This document shows, piece by piece, positions 1 to 11,436 of a stretch of DNA of 64,000 bases (its first letter is position 1; the number at the start of each line of letters is the position of its first letter). The DNA is from Candidatus Latescibacterota bacterium (lineage in GTDB: Bacteria; Latescibacterota; UBA2968; GCA-2709665). Made by a program: the position numbers and the translations under genes. The notes beneath the pieces are model-generated. The model ran no database searches. It was not told the origin of the DNA and saw only the letters and a program-made list of their open reading frames with translations. The stretch spans positions 2,496,001-2,560,000 of the forward strand of contig OZ242358.1 of assembly GCA_965208835.1 (NCBI GenBank). The letters run 5' to 3'.

Positions 1-30
1 TCCCGCCGGCCCCGCACGTAAGGCGGGTTG

Positions 31-510
31 TCAACCGGAAACCTGAATCAACTCTTCAGTTACGTTCTGCAGACATGCATCCATGGCCTGTTCTTCTCCC
101 AGCAGGTCGTCCAGAGTGACGCGGCTGAGAAGCTGATCGATCATGGACTGCACAGAGGTCCACAACGACCGGATGGAGCAGTCCACGGAGTGCGTGCACA
201 GCCCTTCCCGGCCGGCGTGATCTTCACAGAATTCGGGATCGAACATCCGCCCGCCCAAGGCGGCCAGCACGTCTCCCACCACAATCATGTCGGCCGATTG
301 CGAGAGCCGGTACCCTCCGGACTGACCTCGGGAACTCTCGACAAATCCTCCGAGCCGAAGAAGGCGCATCAGCTTTGCGACGTTCGGGGCGGAGAGGCCC
401 TCCATGTGGCTGATTTCAGATATGGAGAGGCCGCCGCCGGTTTCTCTCTGCCGCCGACCGATCTGGAGCAGGCACCGGAGACCGTATTCTTCGCCTGCGC
501 TTAGTTTCAT
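31..510 (-). CDS. Rrf2-family Fe-S-binding transcriptional regulator (IscR/SufR-like)
   Basis: N-terminal 'EYGLRCLLQI', wHTH 'GFVESSRGQSGGYRL', three C-terminal Cys (FCEDH..LCTHSVDC); last gene of the suf operon. Confidence 0.9.
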   Translation of the reverse strand: MKLSAGEEYGLRCLLQIGRRQRETGGGLSISEISHMEGLSAPNVAKLMRLLRLGGFVESSRGQSGGYRLSQSADMIVVGDVLAALGGRMFDPEFCEDHAGREGLCTHSVDCSIRSLWTSVQSMIDQLLSRVTLDDLLGEEQAMDACLQNVTEELIQVSG

Positions 511-638
511 GGAAAGATCGCAATCCTGGTCGGGATGGACGCCTGATTCGTTCTTGACGCTGTCGCAGATGTCATGATGCAGTATTTTCGTACAATCGAC
601 GCCAGGCGTGATCGCGGCGGCCGTTGATTGAGTTCCGG

Positions 639-1142
639 CTACAGCAACCCGAGCTCAAGCCTCGCGGCTTCGGACATCATTTCCGGGTTCCATGGCGGAT
701 CGAAGGTCAGATCCAGGATGACGTCACGCACTCCTTCAACCGACCGGGTAGCGCTTTCTACCTGCCCGGGGAGGATTCCCGCGGCCGGACAGGCGGGGGA
801 GGTGAGGGTCATCTGGACGTGTGTCATCCCGGAGGCTTCCACCCGGATGTCGTAAATGAGGCCGATATCGTAAATGTTGACCGGGATTTCCGGATCGAAA
901 ACCGTGCGATGGGCCGCGATGATGTCTTCCTTGACGGCTTCGGTGTCTATTGGGCCGGTGGATTCAGTCTTCCTGGGCGCCGCCTGCTGTTCTTCCGCAC
1001 GTTCCGCGGCGTGCGCTTCAAGCGCGCTCGTGTCCACGGGGTTCGCCTCGTCTTTGGCGCCGGAGTCCGGTACGTCGTCCCTTCGAGCCGCAGCTTCGCC
1101 TTCCTCATTTCCGTAAAGACGGTTCAGCAGTCGTTCTAGCAA
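639..1142 (-). CDS. sufT: DUF59/SufT-like Fe-S cluster assembly factor with acidic N-terminal extension
   Basis: 'VFDPEIPVNIYDIGLIY', 'MTLTSPACP', 'FDPPWNPEMMSEAARLELG'; start re-set to TTG at 1142 behind a GGAGGT RBS. Confidence 0.85.
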   Translation of the reverse strand: MLERLLNRLYGNEEGEAAARRDDVPDSGAKDEANPVDTSALEAHAAERAEEQQAAPRKTESTGPIDTEAVKEDIIAAHRTVFDPEIPVNIYDIGLIYDIRVEASGMTHVQMTLTSPACPAAGILPGQVESATRSVEGVRDVILDLTFDPPWNPEMMSEAARLELGLL

Positions 1143-1165
1143 GATGATTACCTCCCGAAGGATGC

Positions 1166-1618
1166 CTACTCGGTGGTCACCGGCGATTTGCTGTCTTCGA
1201 GTGCGGCCTCGAGCGTATGCCACGCCAGGGTCGCACACTTGATACGCACGGGGAACTCTCTCACGCCGGCGAATACGGCCAGCTTGCCGATGCCGTCGAC
1301 GACGGGTTCGGTGGACAAATCGCTTGTTACGAGGTCACGGAATTTTCCAAAGAGCGATTGAGCGTCCTCGAGCGTCTGGCCCTTCACAGCGTCTGTCATC
1401 AGGGAAGCCGACGCTTTGGAGATGGCGCATCCCTCGCCCTGAAAAGCAATATCCGCTATCCTGCTCCCGTCGAGCTTGACATAAAGGCTCAAGTGGTCGC
1501 CGCATAGCGGGTTGTGTCCCTCTGACGTCCGGTCGGCGTCACACATGCACCGGAAGTTGCGCGGACTCCGGTTGTGGTCCAGAATGACCTGCTGGTAGAG
1601 TTCTCTGAGATTGGACAT
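1166..1618 (-). CDS. sufU: SUF system NifU-family scaffold/sulfur-transfer protein
   Basis: 'LYQQVILDH', 'NPLCGD', 'GCAIS', 'RIKCATL'. Confidence 0.93.
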   Translation of the reverse strand: MSNLRELYQQVILDHNRSPRNFRCMCDADRTSEGHNPLCGDHLSLYVKLDGSRIADIAFQGEGCAISKASASLMTDAVKGQTLEDAQSLFGKFRDLVTSDLSTEPVVDGIGKLAVFAGVREFPVRIKCATLAWHTLEAALEDSKSPVTTE

Positions 1619-2898
1619 TAACGGAAGACCTCATTGACCGTGTGCAGCGCCCGTACAAGCGTGTCGATGTCTTCATGCGTATTGTAGAACGCGGTGGCCG
1701 CTCGCGTTGTCGCCGGAATGTTGAAATGACGCATGACGGGTTGGGCGCAGTGGTGTCCCGCGCGGACCGCCACGCCGCATTCGTCCACGATGGTGCCGAC
1801 GTCGTGCGGATGGACGTCATCCATCACAAAGGAAATGACGCTGACTTTTTCTTTTGCGGTGCCGATGATCCTCAGACCCGAAATCCCGGAAAGGGCTTCC
1901 GTGGCGTAGGCGAGCAGCTGATTTTCGTATTCGGCGGCGGCTTGCAGGTCGATCCGGTTCAGATAGTCGATGGCGGCGCCCAGAGCGATACAACCCGCAA
2001 TATGGGGCGTGCCGGCTTCGAATCGGGCCGGTGGATCGGCATAGGTGGTTCTTTCAAAGGAAACCTCTCGAATCATGCCGCCGCCTCCCCGGTAGGGTGG
2101 CATCGAATCCAGCAGTTCGCTCCTTCCGTAGAGTACACCGATGCCCGTCGGACCGTAGAGCTTGTGCCCCGAAAAGGCGTAGAAGTCGCACCCCAACGCC
2201 TGAACGTCCACCTTGAAATGGGGGACCGCCTGCGCACCGTCCAACAGTACGGGAATACCGCGTTCGCGCGCCGTTTTCACGATTGAATCGACCGGATTGA
2301 GGGTGCCGAGGACATTCGACACGTGTACGACGGACGCGAGTTTCGTACGCTCGTTCAACAGGGGTTCGAACCGGTCGATCTGCAGCTCTCCCCGGTCGTT
2401 CATTGGAACAACGCGAAGTCTTGCGCCTTTCTCCTCACAGAGCATTTGCCAGGGCACGATATTCGAATGGTGCTCCATCGCGGTAACGAGGATTTCGTCG
2501 CCGGCCTCTACGGTTTTTCGCCCCAGGGTGCGGGCGACCAGATTGATACTGTCCGTCGTTCCGCTTGTGAAGATGACCTCGCGGTCGTGGGCGGCGTTCA
2601 GGAACTGGCGCACCTTGCTGCGTGCACCCTCGTAGGAATCCGTTGCGATCTGGCTGAGATGGTGGACCCCTCGATGTACGTTTGCATTCGCCGCACTGTA
2701 AAAGACTTCGAGGACGTCGAGAACATCCCTGGGCTTCTGGGTTGTGGCGGCGTTGTCCAGATAGACCAGTGGCTTGCCCCGAACGGTCTGGTCGAGGACC
2801 GGAAAGTCCCTGCGGATACGGTGAGGATCGAAAGGCCCCGTGCGTTCGACGAGCGGGCATGTGAGCCGCTCGGCAAGGGCCTGCGCACTTGGACTCAT
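1618..2898 (-). CDS. sufS: Cysteine desulfurase
   Basis: 'YLDNAATTQKP', 'FSGHKLYGPTG' (PLP Lys), 'RAGHHCAQP'. Confidence 0.97.
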   Translation of the reverse strand: MSPSAQALAERLTCPLVERTGPFDPHRIRRDFPVLDQTVRGKPLVYLDNAATTQKPRDVLDVLEVFYSAANANVHRGVHHLSQIATDSYEGARSKVRQFLNAAHDREVIFTSGTTDSINLVARTLGRKTVEAGDEILVTAMEHHSNIVPWQMLCEEKGARLRVVPMNDRGELQIDRFEPLLNERTKLASVVHVSNVLGTLNPVDSIVKTARERGIPVLLDGAQAVPHFKVDVQALGCDFYAFSGHKLYGPTGIGVLYGRSELLDSMPPYRGGGGMIREVSFERTTYADPPARFEAGTPHIAGCIALGAAIDYLNRIDLQAAAEYENQLLAYATEALSGISGLRIIGTAKEKVSVISFVMDDVHPHDVGTIVDECGVAVRAGHHCAQPVMRHFNIPATTRAATAFYNTHEDIDTLVRALHTVNEVFR

Positions 2899-4220
2899 TG
2901 CGCGTTCCCGGCGACTCGCGTCTGTTCGAATTTATCCATGACAATTCGTTCCAGGTAGTTTCGAACGGATTCGGGTTTGATTCTGTTCAGGATGTCGACG
3001 GCGAACGCGTGTACCAGGATGCGCTGCGCGGTAGCGTAACTCAACCCACGCGAGCGCAGGTAAAAGACCGCGTTTTCATCCAGCTGACCGATCGTCGCGC
3101 CGTGTGAGCACTTCACCTGGTCGGCGTAGATTTCGAGCTGGGGCTTGGTATTGATGTCGGCGCCTTCCGAGATGAGAAGGCTCTGGTTGCTCTGGTACGC
3201 GTCGGTCTCCTGAGCCTTCTGGTGAACGTGTATCTTGCCTCGGAACACGCCGCTGGACCTGCCGCCCAGTATGCCCTTGTAGAGTTCGTGGCTGTTGCAG
3301 TTCGGCTCGGCGTGTTCGATCAGGGTATGGTTGTCGATATGCTGCTCGCCGTCGGTCAGATAGAAGCCGTTGACCGTGGCTTCGCAGGCTTCGCCGTCCA
3401 GCAGCGCGTTGACTTCATTGCGCACCAGTCTGCCGCCGACAGAGATGGTGTGCGTCGACAGATCGCTACGGGCGCCCTGACGGCTCTGCATGGTCGCAAT
3501 ATGATATGCCTCCGGGCTCTCGAGCTCCAACTTGTAGTGATCCACCATCGCGCTGTCGTCGGCGATCACTTCGGTTACCGCGTTCGTGAAGTAGGCCCCG
3601 TCGCCTGTATAGGATTCGATGATCGTTACCTGGCTGTTTTCTTCGGCCAGTACGAGGGTGCGGGGATGTGAAATGGAAGGGACGCCGGAAGCGGTTGAAA
3701 CAAAAACCACGTGAATGGGTGTCTCGACAACGGTACCTCGAGGGACGTATATAAAGGCGCCATCCTGTAGAAACGCGGTGTTAAGCGCGACAAAAGCGTG
3801 TTCATCGTAGTCGGCGTGCCGCGCGATATTGCCTTCCACGCGATCGTTCTCGGAGGCCTTCAATTCGGCAAGACTGCACGCCCGCACGCCGTGCGGGAGG
3901 ATCCCCACGCGGGAATCTTCAGCGCAGTAGAAGCCATTCACAAAGACCAGGCGTGTCGCAGTCAGTTCCTGAACCGGGTGAACTGACTTCCAGGCCTGGC
4001 GTGCATCCTCCGGCGTTGTTGTGCGAAACGGCGTACGGACAAGCGGCGCGACATTCGTGTGAAACCACGCTTCGTCCCTTGTGCCCGGAAACCCGAGTTC
4101 TGCGAATCGGCCGATCGCCGACTTGCGAAGCTCGTGCAAGGACGTGGCGGGCTTTCCGTTCAGCCGTTCTTCAGATTTTGCAAATGCCGACAGATAGGCG
4201 TGTGTGCCATCGAACCCCAT
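2895..4220 (-). CDS. sufD: Fe-S cluster assembly protein SufD
   Basis: 'TKPQLEIYADQVKCSHGATIGQLD..FYLRSRGL'; start re-set to ATG at 4220 behind AAGGAGG, just after the sufC stop. Confidence 0.95.
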   Translation of the reverse strand: MGFDGTHAYLSAFAKSEERLNGKPATSLHELRKSAIGRFAELGFPGTRDEAWFHTNVAPLVRTPFRTTTPEDARQAWKSVHPVQELTATRLVFVNGFYCAEDSRVGILPHGVRACSLAELKASENDRVEGNIARHADYDEHAFVALNTAFLQDGAFIYVPRGTVVETPIHVVFVSTASGVPSISHPRTLVLAEENSQVTIIESYTGDGAYFTNAVTEVIADDSAMVDHYKLELESPEAYHIATMQSRQGARSDLSTHTISVGGRLVRNEVNALLDGEACEATVNGFYLTDGEQHIDNHTLIEHAEPNCNSHELYKGILGGRSSGVFRGKIHVHQKAQETDAYQSNQSLLISEGADINTKPQLEIYADQVKCSHGATIGQLDENAVFYLRSRGLSYATAQRILVHAFAVDILNRIKPESVRNYLERIVMDKFEQTRVAGNAQ

Positions 4221-4236
4221 GTTGCTGCTGCCTCCT

Positions 4237-5010
4237 TTAGGCGCGGGCGAATCGGGCCGTGGACTCTTCTCGAATCCAATCGTAGCCTTCAGCTTCCAGC
4301 TTCCGGGCGAGGTCCTTGTCGCCCGATTTGACAATCCGGCCCTTCAGAAGAACATGCACGAAGTCCGGTACGATGTAATTCAGCAGCCGCTGATAGTGGG
4401 TGACCACGAGGACCGCGCCTCCGGGGTTTTTCCGGTGAAGCGTTTTGACGCCATTGGCCACGATTTTCAGGGCGTCGATATCCAGTCCGGAGTCGGTTTC
4501 GTCCATGATGGCGAGCCTGGGTTCGAGCATGGCCATCTGGAAAATCTCGTTTCGTTTCTTCTCTCCGCCGGAGAAGCCCTCGTTGACCGCCCGATTGAGA
4601 AAGGATTCATCCATTTCCACCAGTTCGAGCTTTTCCCTGGAAAGGGTCAAAAAGTCGATGGCGTCGAGTTCATCCTGGCCGCGTGCCTTGCGGAGCTCAT
4701 TGAGTGCCGTGCGGAGAAAATAGGCGCTGTTGACGCCGGGAATCTCCACCGGATATTGAAAGGCCATGAAAACGCCGGCCTGGGCGCGTTCTTCCGGGTC
4801 CAGATCCAGAAGATCCACGCCTTCGTAGGTAACCTCGCCCAGGGTAACTTCGTACTCTTCCCTGCCGGCCAACACCTGGGCAAGCGTGCTCTTGCCGGAT
4901 CCGTTGGGCCCCATAATGGCATGGATCTCGCCGGCCTTGATGTTCAGGTCGATTCCCGATAGGATAACGGTGCCATCGACGCTTGCGTGAAGGTTTTTTA
5001 TTTCCAGCAT
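4237..5010 (-). CDS. sufC: Fe-S cluster assembly ATPase
   Basis: Walker A 'GPNGSGKS', '[10 protein letters not shown]', '[11 protein letters not shown]', '[12 protein letters not shown]'. Confidence 0.97.
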   Translation of the reverse strand: MLEIKNLHASVDGTVILSGIDLNIKAGEIHAIMGPNGSGKSTLAQVLAGREEYEVTLGEVTYEGVDLLDLDPEERAQAGVFMAFQYPVEIPGVNSAYFLRTALNELRKARGQDELDAIDFLTLSREKLELVEMDESFLNRAVNEGFSGGEKKRNEIFQMAMLEPRLAIMDETDSGLDIDALKIVANGVKTLHRKNPGGAVLVVTHYQRLLNYIVPDFVHVLLKGRIVKSGDKDLARKLEAEGYDWIREESTARFARA

Positions 5011-5134
5011 TCGTGTTCCTTTTGCAAGACTGTACTCGGTTTCAGGGGTGAAGCCCGGTGCGACGGGGCATTATTGAAGGCCGCCGAAGCGCCCGGGATG
5101 ATATTCAAGTGTCGCAGCCTGGTGCGACATGGCG

Positions 5135-6601
5135 CTATCCCACACTGCCCTCCAGACTGATGCCAAGCAGCTTCTGTGCCTCGACGGCGAATTCCATCGG
5201 GAGTTCGGCCAGCACCTCCTTGCAGAAGCCGTTGACGATCATGGACACGGCGTCTTCGGTGGAAATACCGCGCTGGTTGCAGTAGAAGATCTGGTCTTCA
5301 CCGATCTTCGAGGTGGACGCTTCGTGCTCTACCTGGGAGGTCGTGTTCCTTACATCGATGTACGGGAACGTGTGGGCGCCGCAGCGGTCCCCGATGAGCA
5401 TGGAGTCGCACTGGGTAAAATTCCGGGCGTTTGACGCGCCCTTCATAACCTGCACCCGGCCTCGATAGGTGTTCTGGCCGTTCTTTGCGGAGATACCCTT
5501 CGACACGACGGTGCTGCGCGTGTTCCTGCCGAGATGGATCATCTTGGTGCCCGTATCGGCCTGTTGGCGCCCGCTGGTCACGGCCACCGAGTAAAACTCT
5601 CCAATGGAGTTGTCGCCCTGCAGAATGCAACTGGGGTATTTCCACGTTATGGCCGATCCGGTCTCGACCTGGGTCCAGGAGATCTTGGCGTTGACGCCGC
5701 GGCAGGCGCCGCGTTTGGTCACGAAGTTGTAGATTCCGCCCACGCCGTTTTCGTCGCCGGGATACCAGTTCTGAACGGTCGAATACTTAATCTGCGCATC
5801 GTCGAGTGCAACCAGTTCCACAACCGCGGCGTGGAGCTGATTCTCGTCTCTCTGCGGCGCCGTGCAACCTTCGAGATACGATACGTAGGCACCTTCTTCC
5901 GCGATAATGAGCGTGCGTTCGAACTGGCCCGTGTTGGCCGCGTTGATGCGGAAGTAGGTGGACAGTTCCATCGGGCATCGCACGCCCCGGGGGATGTAGC
6001 AGAAGGAACCGTCGGTAAAGACAGCGGAATTGAGCGCGGCGAAGAAATTGTCGTTGTAAGGCACGACCGAACCGAGGTATTTCCTTATCAGGTCGGGATG
6101 CTCCTGAACGGCTTCGGAGAACGAACAGAAAATGATCCCCAGATCGGAAAGCTTATCCTTGAAGGTGGTCGCCACGGAAACGCTGTCGAAGACAGCGTCG
6201 ACCGCCACGCCCGCCAGCATTTTCTGCTCCTCCAGAGGAATGCCCAGTTTTTCGTAAGTTCGGAGGATCTCAGGGTCGACCTCGTCGAGGCTCTGCAGTG
6301 TTTCCGCGTCTTTGGGCGCCGAGTAATAGATGATTTTCTGGTAGTCGATATCCGGATAGTCGACCATTGCCCACTGCCGGCTCTGCTTGCGACGGGTGGG
6401 ATCATCCATTCCGAGCCAGTTGCGATAGGCCTTGAGGCGCCATTCCAGCAGCCAGTCGGGCTCGCATTTCTTCCTGGATATGAAGGCGATGATGTCCTCA
6501 TTCAGACCCGGAGGCGCGGCATCCTGTTCAACGTCTGTAACGAATCCGTACTTGTATTCTCTCGTTGCCAGTTCTTCGATTTCCTGCACTTCTTCGCTCA
6601 T
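5135..6601 (-). CDS. sufB: Fe-S cluster assembly protein SufB
   Basis: 'YLEGCTAP', 'NFVTKRG', 'TWKYPSC', '[14 protein letters not shown]'. Confidence 0.97.
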   Translation of the reverse strand: MSEEVQEIEELATREYKYGFVTDVEQDAAPPGLNEDIIAFISRKKCEPDWLLEWRLKAYRNWLGMDDPTRRKQSRQWAMVDYPDIDYQKIIYYSAPKDAETLQSLDEVDPEILRTYEKLGIPLEEQKMLAGVAVDAVFDSVSVATTFKDKLSDLGIIFCSFSEAVQEHPDLIRKYLGSVVPYNDNFFAALNSAVFTDGSFCYIPRGVRCPMELSTYFRINAANTGQFERTLIIAEEGAYVSYLEGCTAPQRDENQLHAAVVELVALDDAQIKYSTVQNWYPGDENGVGGIYNFVTKRGACRGVNAKISWTQVETGSAITWKYPSCILQGDNSIGEFYSVAVTSGRQQADTGTKMIHLGRNTRSTVVSKGISAKNGQNTYRGRVQVMKGASNARNFTQCDSMLIGDRCGAHTFPYIDVRNTTSQVEHEASTSKIGEDQIFYCNQRGISTEDAVSMIVNGFCKEVLAELPMEFAVEAQKLLGISLEGSVG

Positions 6602-6686
6602 CCGACGCTCCTTCCATATATTGAAAGGGCATTAGTTTTGTTATTGTTTATACGACGCGACGATAACGTTTCCTGAATTCAGGCTT

Positions 6687-6715
6687 AACATACCCAATCC
6701 GCATCCATGTGTCAA
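6687..6715 (-). promoter_or_regulatory. Putative sigma70 promoter of the suf operon
   Basis: Minus strand TTGACA-N17-TATGTT, ~85 nt upstream of sufB. Confidence 0.6.
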
Positions 6716-6932
6716 GATCAAAAATGTACGAAAAAGTCAAGTTTAATCCGGTTGTCGTCATGCAGACACTCGCACGGCCGGGAGGATCGATCTCCGAGGG
6801 GTGCTTTTCTCTTGACAGAAGCGACCGGATTTCGCTAATTTATCGCCGTCAGTTCCGAATGCGAAAAACAGCGAATTCTGGTCGACGCGCAATGTTGCGC
6901 ACGACTGCAGTCAGCTTTCCAGGCGAGGCACG

Positions 6933-7352
6933 ATGCTGGATCAATATGCCAATGTACTCATATTTCTCGGTGTCGGCGGCCTCTTCGTAGTGGTCAATCT
7001 GTTCATCGGCAGCCTGATTCGGCCCCGGAATCCCAGCGCGGAGAAACTGAGTACGTACGAGTGCGGCGAAGAGCCCGTGGGTGGATCGTGGATTCAATTC
7101 AATATACGCTTCTACGTGATCGCCCTGGATTTCATCATCTTCGACGTGGAAGTGGTCCTGCTGTATCCCTGGGCGGTCGTTGCAAACGATTTCGGCTGGT
7201 ACGGCTTCGGCGCAATGTCGATCTTCGTGGTCGTACTCCTGCTCGGCCTCGCGTATGCCTGGCGGAAGGGTGCGCTCGAGTGGGTTCGCCCCAAGTTGTC
7301 GGGGCGTCAGGCGCCCGTTCCGGCCTCTGCGGCTGGAAGCCGCGTCGTCTGA
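6933..7352 (+). CDS. nuoA: NADH-quinone oxidoreductase subunit A
   Basis: 'KLSTYECGEEP', 'FIIFDVEVVLLYPW'. Confidence 0.95.
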   Translation: MLDQYANVLIFLGVGGLFVVVNLFIGSLIRPRNPSAEKLSTYECGEEPVGGSWIQFNIRFYVIALDFIIFDVEVVLLYPWAVVANDFGWYGFGAMSIFVVVLLLGLAYAWRKGALEWVRPKLSGRQAPVPASAAGSRVV

Positions 7353-7493
7353 TCGATTGATCCTGGTCCGGCCCGCCCGCGGCGCTTCGTTCCAATCGTT
7401 TTGCCTGCATTGCTTCACCGGATTCTCTTCGCAGCCCTCCAAGGTATTTGATCTGCATCACGTGGCTGGACGTTTCAGGAGGCAGGTCCGTTT

Positions 7494-7979
7494 ATGGGAA
7501 AGCTCACAGGTCGTTTCCAGGATAACGTCATTGTGACGTCGGTCGATTATTTCGTCAATTGGGCCCGGCTGTCCTCGCTCTGGCCGATGACGTTCGGATT
7601 GGCTTGCTGCGCCATAGAAATGATGGCGACGGGAGCGTCGCGGTACGACTGGTCGCGTCTGGGTATGGTCCCGCGCGCCACCCCCCGGCAGTCCGATCTG
7701 ATGATTGTGGCCGGCACGGTCACTTTGAAAATGGCGACTCGCGTAAAGAAACTGTACGACCAGATGGCGGAGCCCCGGTATGTCATGTCCATGGGCTGCT
7801 GTGCAACGTCAGGCGGCCCGTACTGGCAGCACGGGTACCATGTCCTGAAGGGTGTCGACCGGGTGGTTCCGGTCGATGTCTATGTCCCCGGCTGTCCTCC
7901 GAGGCCGGAGGCCCTGCTGGAGGGCGTAATGAAACTTCAGGACAAGATCCGCATCGATTCCATCGCGAGAGTAAGCTGA
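7494..7979 (+). CDS. nuoB: NADH-quinone oxidoreductase subunit B
   Basis: '[10 protein letters not shown]', '[15 protein letters not shown]'. Confidence 0.97.
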   Translation: MGKLTGRFQDNVIVTSVDYFVNWARLSSLWPMTFGLACCAIEMMATGASRYDWSRLGMVPRATPRQSDLMIVAGTVTLKMATRVKKLYDQMAEPRYVMSMGCCATSGGPYWQHGYHVLKGVDRVVPVDVYVPGCPPRPEALLEGVMKLQDKIRIDSIARVS

Positions 7980-8012
7980 GTAGGTTCGCGAGAACGCTCG
8001 TGGAGGCGACCG

Positions 8013-8483
8013 ATGACGCCGCAGGAGATTTTCGACCGGCTTAAAGAGAAGTTCGGCAACCGGGTTCTGGATCTGACCGAGAACGTGGACCCGTTTATTC
8101 GGGTAAGCGCAGACGCAATCGCGGAAATCGGTCTCTATCTGCGAGACGACGAAGCGATGGGTTTCGAGTCGCTGATGTGTCTGAGCGGGGTGGATTATCC
8201 GGAACACCTTTCGCTGGTCTATCACCTGTTTTCCTCGGCGCACCGGCACAAGATAACGCTGAAGACGGATCTGGGTAGAGAGGACCCCAGTCTGCCGACC
8301 GTGGAGGGTGTCTGGCGGGTGGCGAACTGGCACGAACGCGAGACGTACGACATGTTCGGAATCGTCTTCGAAGGGCACAGCGATCTACGGCGCATCCTGT
8401 GTCCCGACGACTGGGAAGGGTGGCCCCTGCGCAAGGATTACGAGGTTCAGGAATATTATCGCGGTATCCGGGTTGAGGTATAG
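8013..8483 (+). CDS. nuoC: NADH-quinone oxidoreductase subunit C
   Basis: 'ANWHERETYDMFGIVFEGH', 'GWPLRKDY'. Confidence 0.95.
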   Translation: MTPQEIFDRLKEKFGNRVLDLTENVDPFIRVSADAIAEIGLYLRDDEAMGFESLMCLSGVDYPEHLSLVYHLFSSAHRHKITLKTDLGREDPSLPTVEGVWRVANWHERETYDMFGIVFEGHSDLRRILCPDDWEGWPLRKDYEVQEYYRGIRVEV

Positions 8484-8486
8484 ACT

Positions 8487-9686
8487 ATGGCAGGGATTTC
8501 ACACGCGGCGACAGAGGTGACGGTGGAACGGCCGGGGCTGCCGCAGGTATCGGACGTGGAGGACGACAACCTCAACAGCGAGATGATGACGATCAACATG
8601 GGACCCCAGCATCCGAGCACGCACGGGGTGCTGCGCCTGGAGATCAGGACGGACGGAGAGATTGTAGAGGAGGCAAAACCCCATATCGGTTATCTCCATC
8701 GTTGCTTTGAAAAGCACGCCGAGAATCTGCCGTATCAACAGGTGATCCCGTTCACGGATCGAATGGATTATCTGGCGGCGATGAATAACAATATGGGGTA
8801 TGTTCTGGCCGTAGAGAAACTGATGGGGCTCGAGATTCCGGAGCGGGTGGAATACATCCGGGTCATCATGTGTGAGTTGAACCGGATTGCCAGTCACCTG
8901 GTTTCGTTCGGGACCTATGGAATGGATATCGGGGCGTTTACGCCCTTTTTGTTTGCCTTCAGGGAACGGGAAGACATCTTCGACCTGTTTGAAATGACGT
9001 GCGGGGCGCGGATGTTGTACAATTACATCTGGGTGGGCGGGGTCTCTCACGACCTGCCGCCGGGTTTCGTGGAGCGTTGCCGCCACTTTCTCGCCGCGTT
9101 CGAAGGAAAACTGAAAGAGTACAACGACCTGCTGACGTACAACAAGATCTTCATCGAGCGGACGGCCAACGTGGGCGTTCTGTCGCTGGCATCGGCGTAC
9201 AGCCACAACATTACCGGCCCGAATCTCCGGGGATGCGGGGTGGAGTGGGACCTGCGCCGGGACGAACCGTATTCAATATACGATCGGTTCGAGTTCGACG
9301 TGCCGAATGGCAGGGGAGAGATGGGGACCCTGGGCGATTGCTGGGACCGCTATATGGTACGGATAAGGGAGATGGAGCAAAGCGCACGGATCGTGTCTCA
9401 GGCGCTCGATCAAATTCCGGAGGGCGGCGACGTCCAGGCCGCGGTCCCCAGAAACGTGCGGCCCCCCAAAGAAGCGGAGTGTTACGTCCGCAGCGAGAAT
9501 CCAAGGGGTGAACTCGGTGTATACGTGATCAGCGACGGTACCAACGTGCCGTACCGGGTGCGGGTGAAATCGCCCTGTTTTACGGTGATGAGCGTATTCG
9601 ACGAACTCGCCAGGGGCCATTATCTGGCCGACATTATCGCCATCATCGGAAGTATCGATATCGTACTGGGCGAGATCGACCGCTAG
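8487..9686 (+). CDS. nuoD: NADH-quinone oxidoreductase subunit D
   Basis: '[15 protein letters not shown]', 'GYLHR', C-terminal 'GEIDR'. Confidence 0.97.
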   Translation: MAGISHAATEVTVERPGLPQVSDVEDDNLNSEMMTINMGPQHPSTHGVLRLEIRTDGEIVEEAKPHIGYLHRCFEKHAENLPYQQVIPFTDRMDYLAAMNNNMGYVLAVEKLMGLEIPERVEYIRVIMCELNRIASHLVSFGTYGMDIGAFTPFLFAFREREDIFDLFEMTCGARMLYNYIWVGGVSHDLPPGFVERCRHFLAAFEGKLKEYNDLLTYNKIFIERTANVGVLSLASAYSHNITGPNLRGCGVEWDLRRDEPYSIYDRFEFDVPNGRGEMGTLGDCWDRYMVRIREMEQSARIVSQALDQIPEGGDVQAAVPRNVRPPKEAECYVRSENPRGELGVYVISDGTNVPYRVRVKSPCFTVMSVFDELARGHYLADIIAIIGSIDIVLGEIDR

Positions 9687-9697
9687 GGAACCGCATT

Positions 9698-10873
9698 ATG
9701 CTCGAGTTGGCCGAAACTCTCGTGAATCAGGTGGGCTTTTTGAGCGCCGTGCCGATCGGCCTGGTGACCCTTGCATTGGGGCTGCTCGCCGGGATTGTCG
9801 TCGTAACGCTGGTCGCGGTACTCGGGCTTATTATGGTCTATATGGAAATGAAGATTTCCGCCCACATCCAGGACCGCCTGGGACCGATGCGGACCGGCGG
9901 CTGGCACGGCTGGGCACAGCCGATCGCCGACGGCGTCAAGCTTCTGCTGAAGGAAGACATCATTCCGGCGGCGGCGGATAAAGGCCTGTTTATTCTGGCG
10001 CCCCTGCTGGTCTTTTCAGGAACCCTGGCCATCTTCGTATGCATCCCCTTCGGCGACAGCCTTATTGTAAGCGATCTGAATATCGGCCTATTCTACATCC
10101 TGGCCATTTCGTCGCTGGGCGTACTCGGCATTCTCATGGCCGGATGGGCGTCCAACAACAAGTGGTCACTGCTCGGTGCGATGCGCTCGGCCGCACAGGT
10201 CGTGAGTTATGAGATTCCCGTGGCCATGGCGTTCCTGAGTGTGATCCCTCTCGTGGGTACGCTGAGCACGCAGGACCTGGTCGCGGCGCAGTCAGGGTCT
10301 CTGTATCACTGGTTCGTATTTCGTAATCCGTTTACGTTTCTCGCGTTCATCCTTTACTTTATCGCGTCGCTTGCCGAGGTCAACCGGACGCCGTTCGATA
10401 TACCCGAGGCGGAATCCGAACTCGTGGCCGGCTATCACACCGAATACAGCGGCATGAGATTCTCGTTCTTTTTCGTGGCGGAATACGCGGCGATGGTGGC
10501 CGTGAGTATGGTTGGCGCGGTCGTGTTTCTGGGCGGCTGGCAGGCGCCCTGGGGCGGTTCGTTTCCGGCTGGGCCCATCTGGATGATCGGCAAGGGGCTC
10601 CTTCTGGTGGCCGTGCAGATGTGGATCCGCTGGACGCTTCCCCGTCTGCGCGTCGATCAGCTGATGTTCGTGGGCTGGAAAGTGCTCACGCCTGCCGCTT
10701 TTCTGTGCCTGCTCGGATCGGTTGTGTGGCACTTCGCCGTTCCGGCATGGTTGCAGGAACTCTCCAAGGTCGGGCTGATGGGCGCAATGGCCGTCATTCT
10801 GGCCTTCCTGTTGCGTTCGGCCGCCCAGGGATTGATGCAGGGGCGTTCACAGCGTGCCCAGACGGCATCATAG
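9698..10873 (+). CDS. nuoH: NADH-quinone oxidoreductase subunit H
   Basis: 'QDRLGP', '[10 protein letters not shown]', '[13 protein letters not shown]', 'LPRLRVDQL'. Confidence 0.96.
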   Translation: MLELAETLVNQVGFLSAVPIGLVTLALGLLAGIVVVTLVAVLGLIMVYMEMKISAHIQDRLGPMRTGGWHGWAQPIADGVKLLLKEDIIPAAADKGLFILAPLLVFSGTLAIFVCIPFGDSLIVSDLNIGLFYILAISSLGVLGILMAGWASNNKWSLLGAMRSAAQVVSYEIPVAMAFLSVIPLVGTLSTQDLVAAQSGSLYHWFVFRNPFTFLAFILYFIASLAEVNRTPFDIPEAESELVAGYHTEYSGMRFSFFFVAEYAAMVAVSMVGAVVFLGGWQAPWGGSFPAGPIWMIGKGLLLVAVQMWIRWTLPRLRVDQLMFVGWKVLTPAAFLCLLGSVVWHFAVPAWLQELSKVGLMGAMAVILAFLLRSAAQGLMQGRSQRAQTAS

Positions 10874-10927
10874 CGGGGCGGCAAATCTCGGTCAGAATCA
10901 AAGGACTCTTCCTCCATAGGTGATGCA

Positions 10928-11416
10928 ATGGGATCGTATTTCAGGAATCTCTATCAGTCGGCTGCTTCCATCTGGGTGGGGTTGAATATCACATTGAAGC
11001 ATATGTTCACACCATCGATTACCCTTCAATACCCGGACGAGCGCTGGCAGATGCCGGAACGGGCGCGCAACCAGCTGTTCAACGATATAGACGATTGCAT
11101 CGGTTGCGACCAGTGTGCAAGAGCCTGTCCCGTGGACTGTATTTATATAGAGTGCGAAAAAGCCGGTCCCGACGAGGATCTGGGCCTGACGTCCAAGGGA
11201 ACGAAAAAGCGGCTCAAGGTTCTGCGTTTCGATATCGACATGGGGCTTTGTTGTTATTGCGGTCTTTGTACCTATCCGTGTCCGACCGAATGCCTGGTCA
11301 TGACACCGAATTACGAGTCGTCAGTCTACGATCGGACCGACCTGGTCTACCGTTACGCCCGTCCATGGGACTACGAAACGAAACCCGCTGACGCAGAATC
11401 CGCCGAACGTCAGTAG
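10928..11416 (+). CDS. nuoI: NADH-quinone oxidoreductase subunit I (2x[4Fe-4S])
   Basis: 'CIGCDQCARACP', 'CCYCGLCTYPCP'. Confidence 0.95.
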   Translation: MGSYFRNLYQSAASIWVGLNITLKHMFTPSITLQYPDERWQMPERARNQLFNDIDDCIGCDQCARACPVDCIYIECEKAGPDEDLGLTSKGTKKRLKVLRFDIDMGLCCYCGLCTYPCPTECLVMTPNYESSVYDRTDLVYRYARPWDYETKPADAESAERQ

Positions 11417-11436
11417 CCTCCGGGATTGGTTGTCAT

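Noticed and set aside
5534-6676. Long antisense ORFs (also 14770..15858, 30283..31566, 44291..45631, 54395..55597, 58412..59608)
   Set aside because: Shadow frames opposite well-supported genes in GC-rich DNA; no recognisable motifs.
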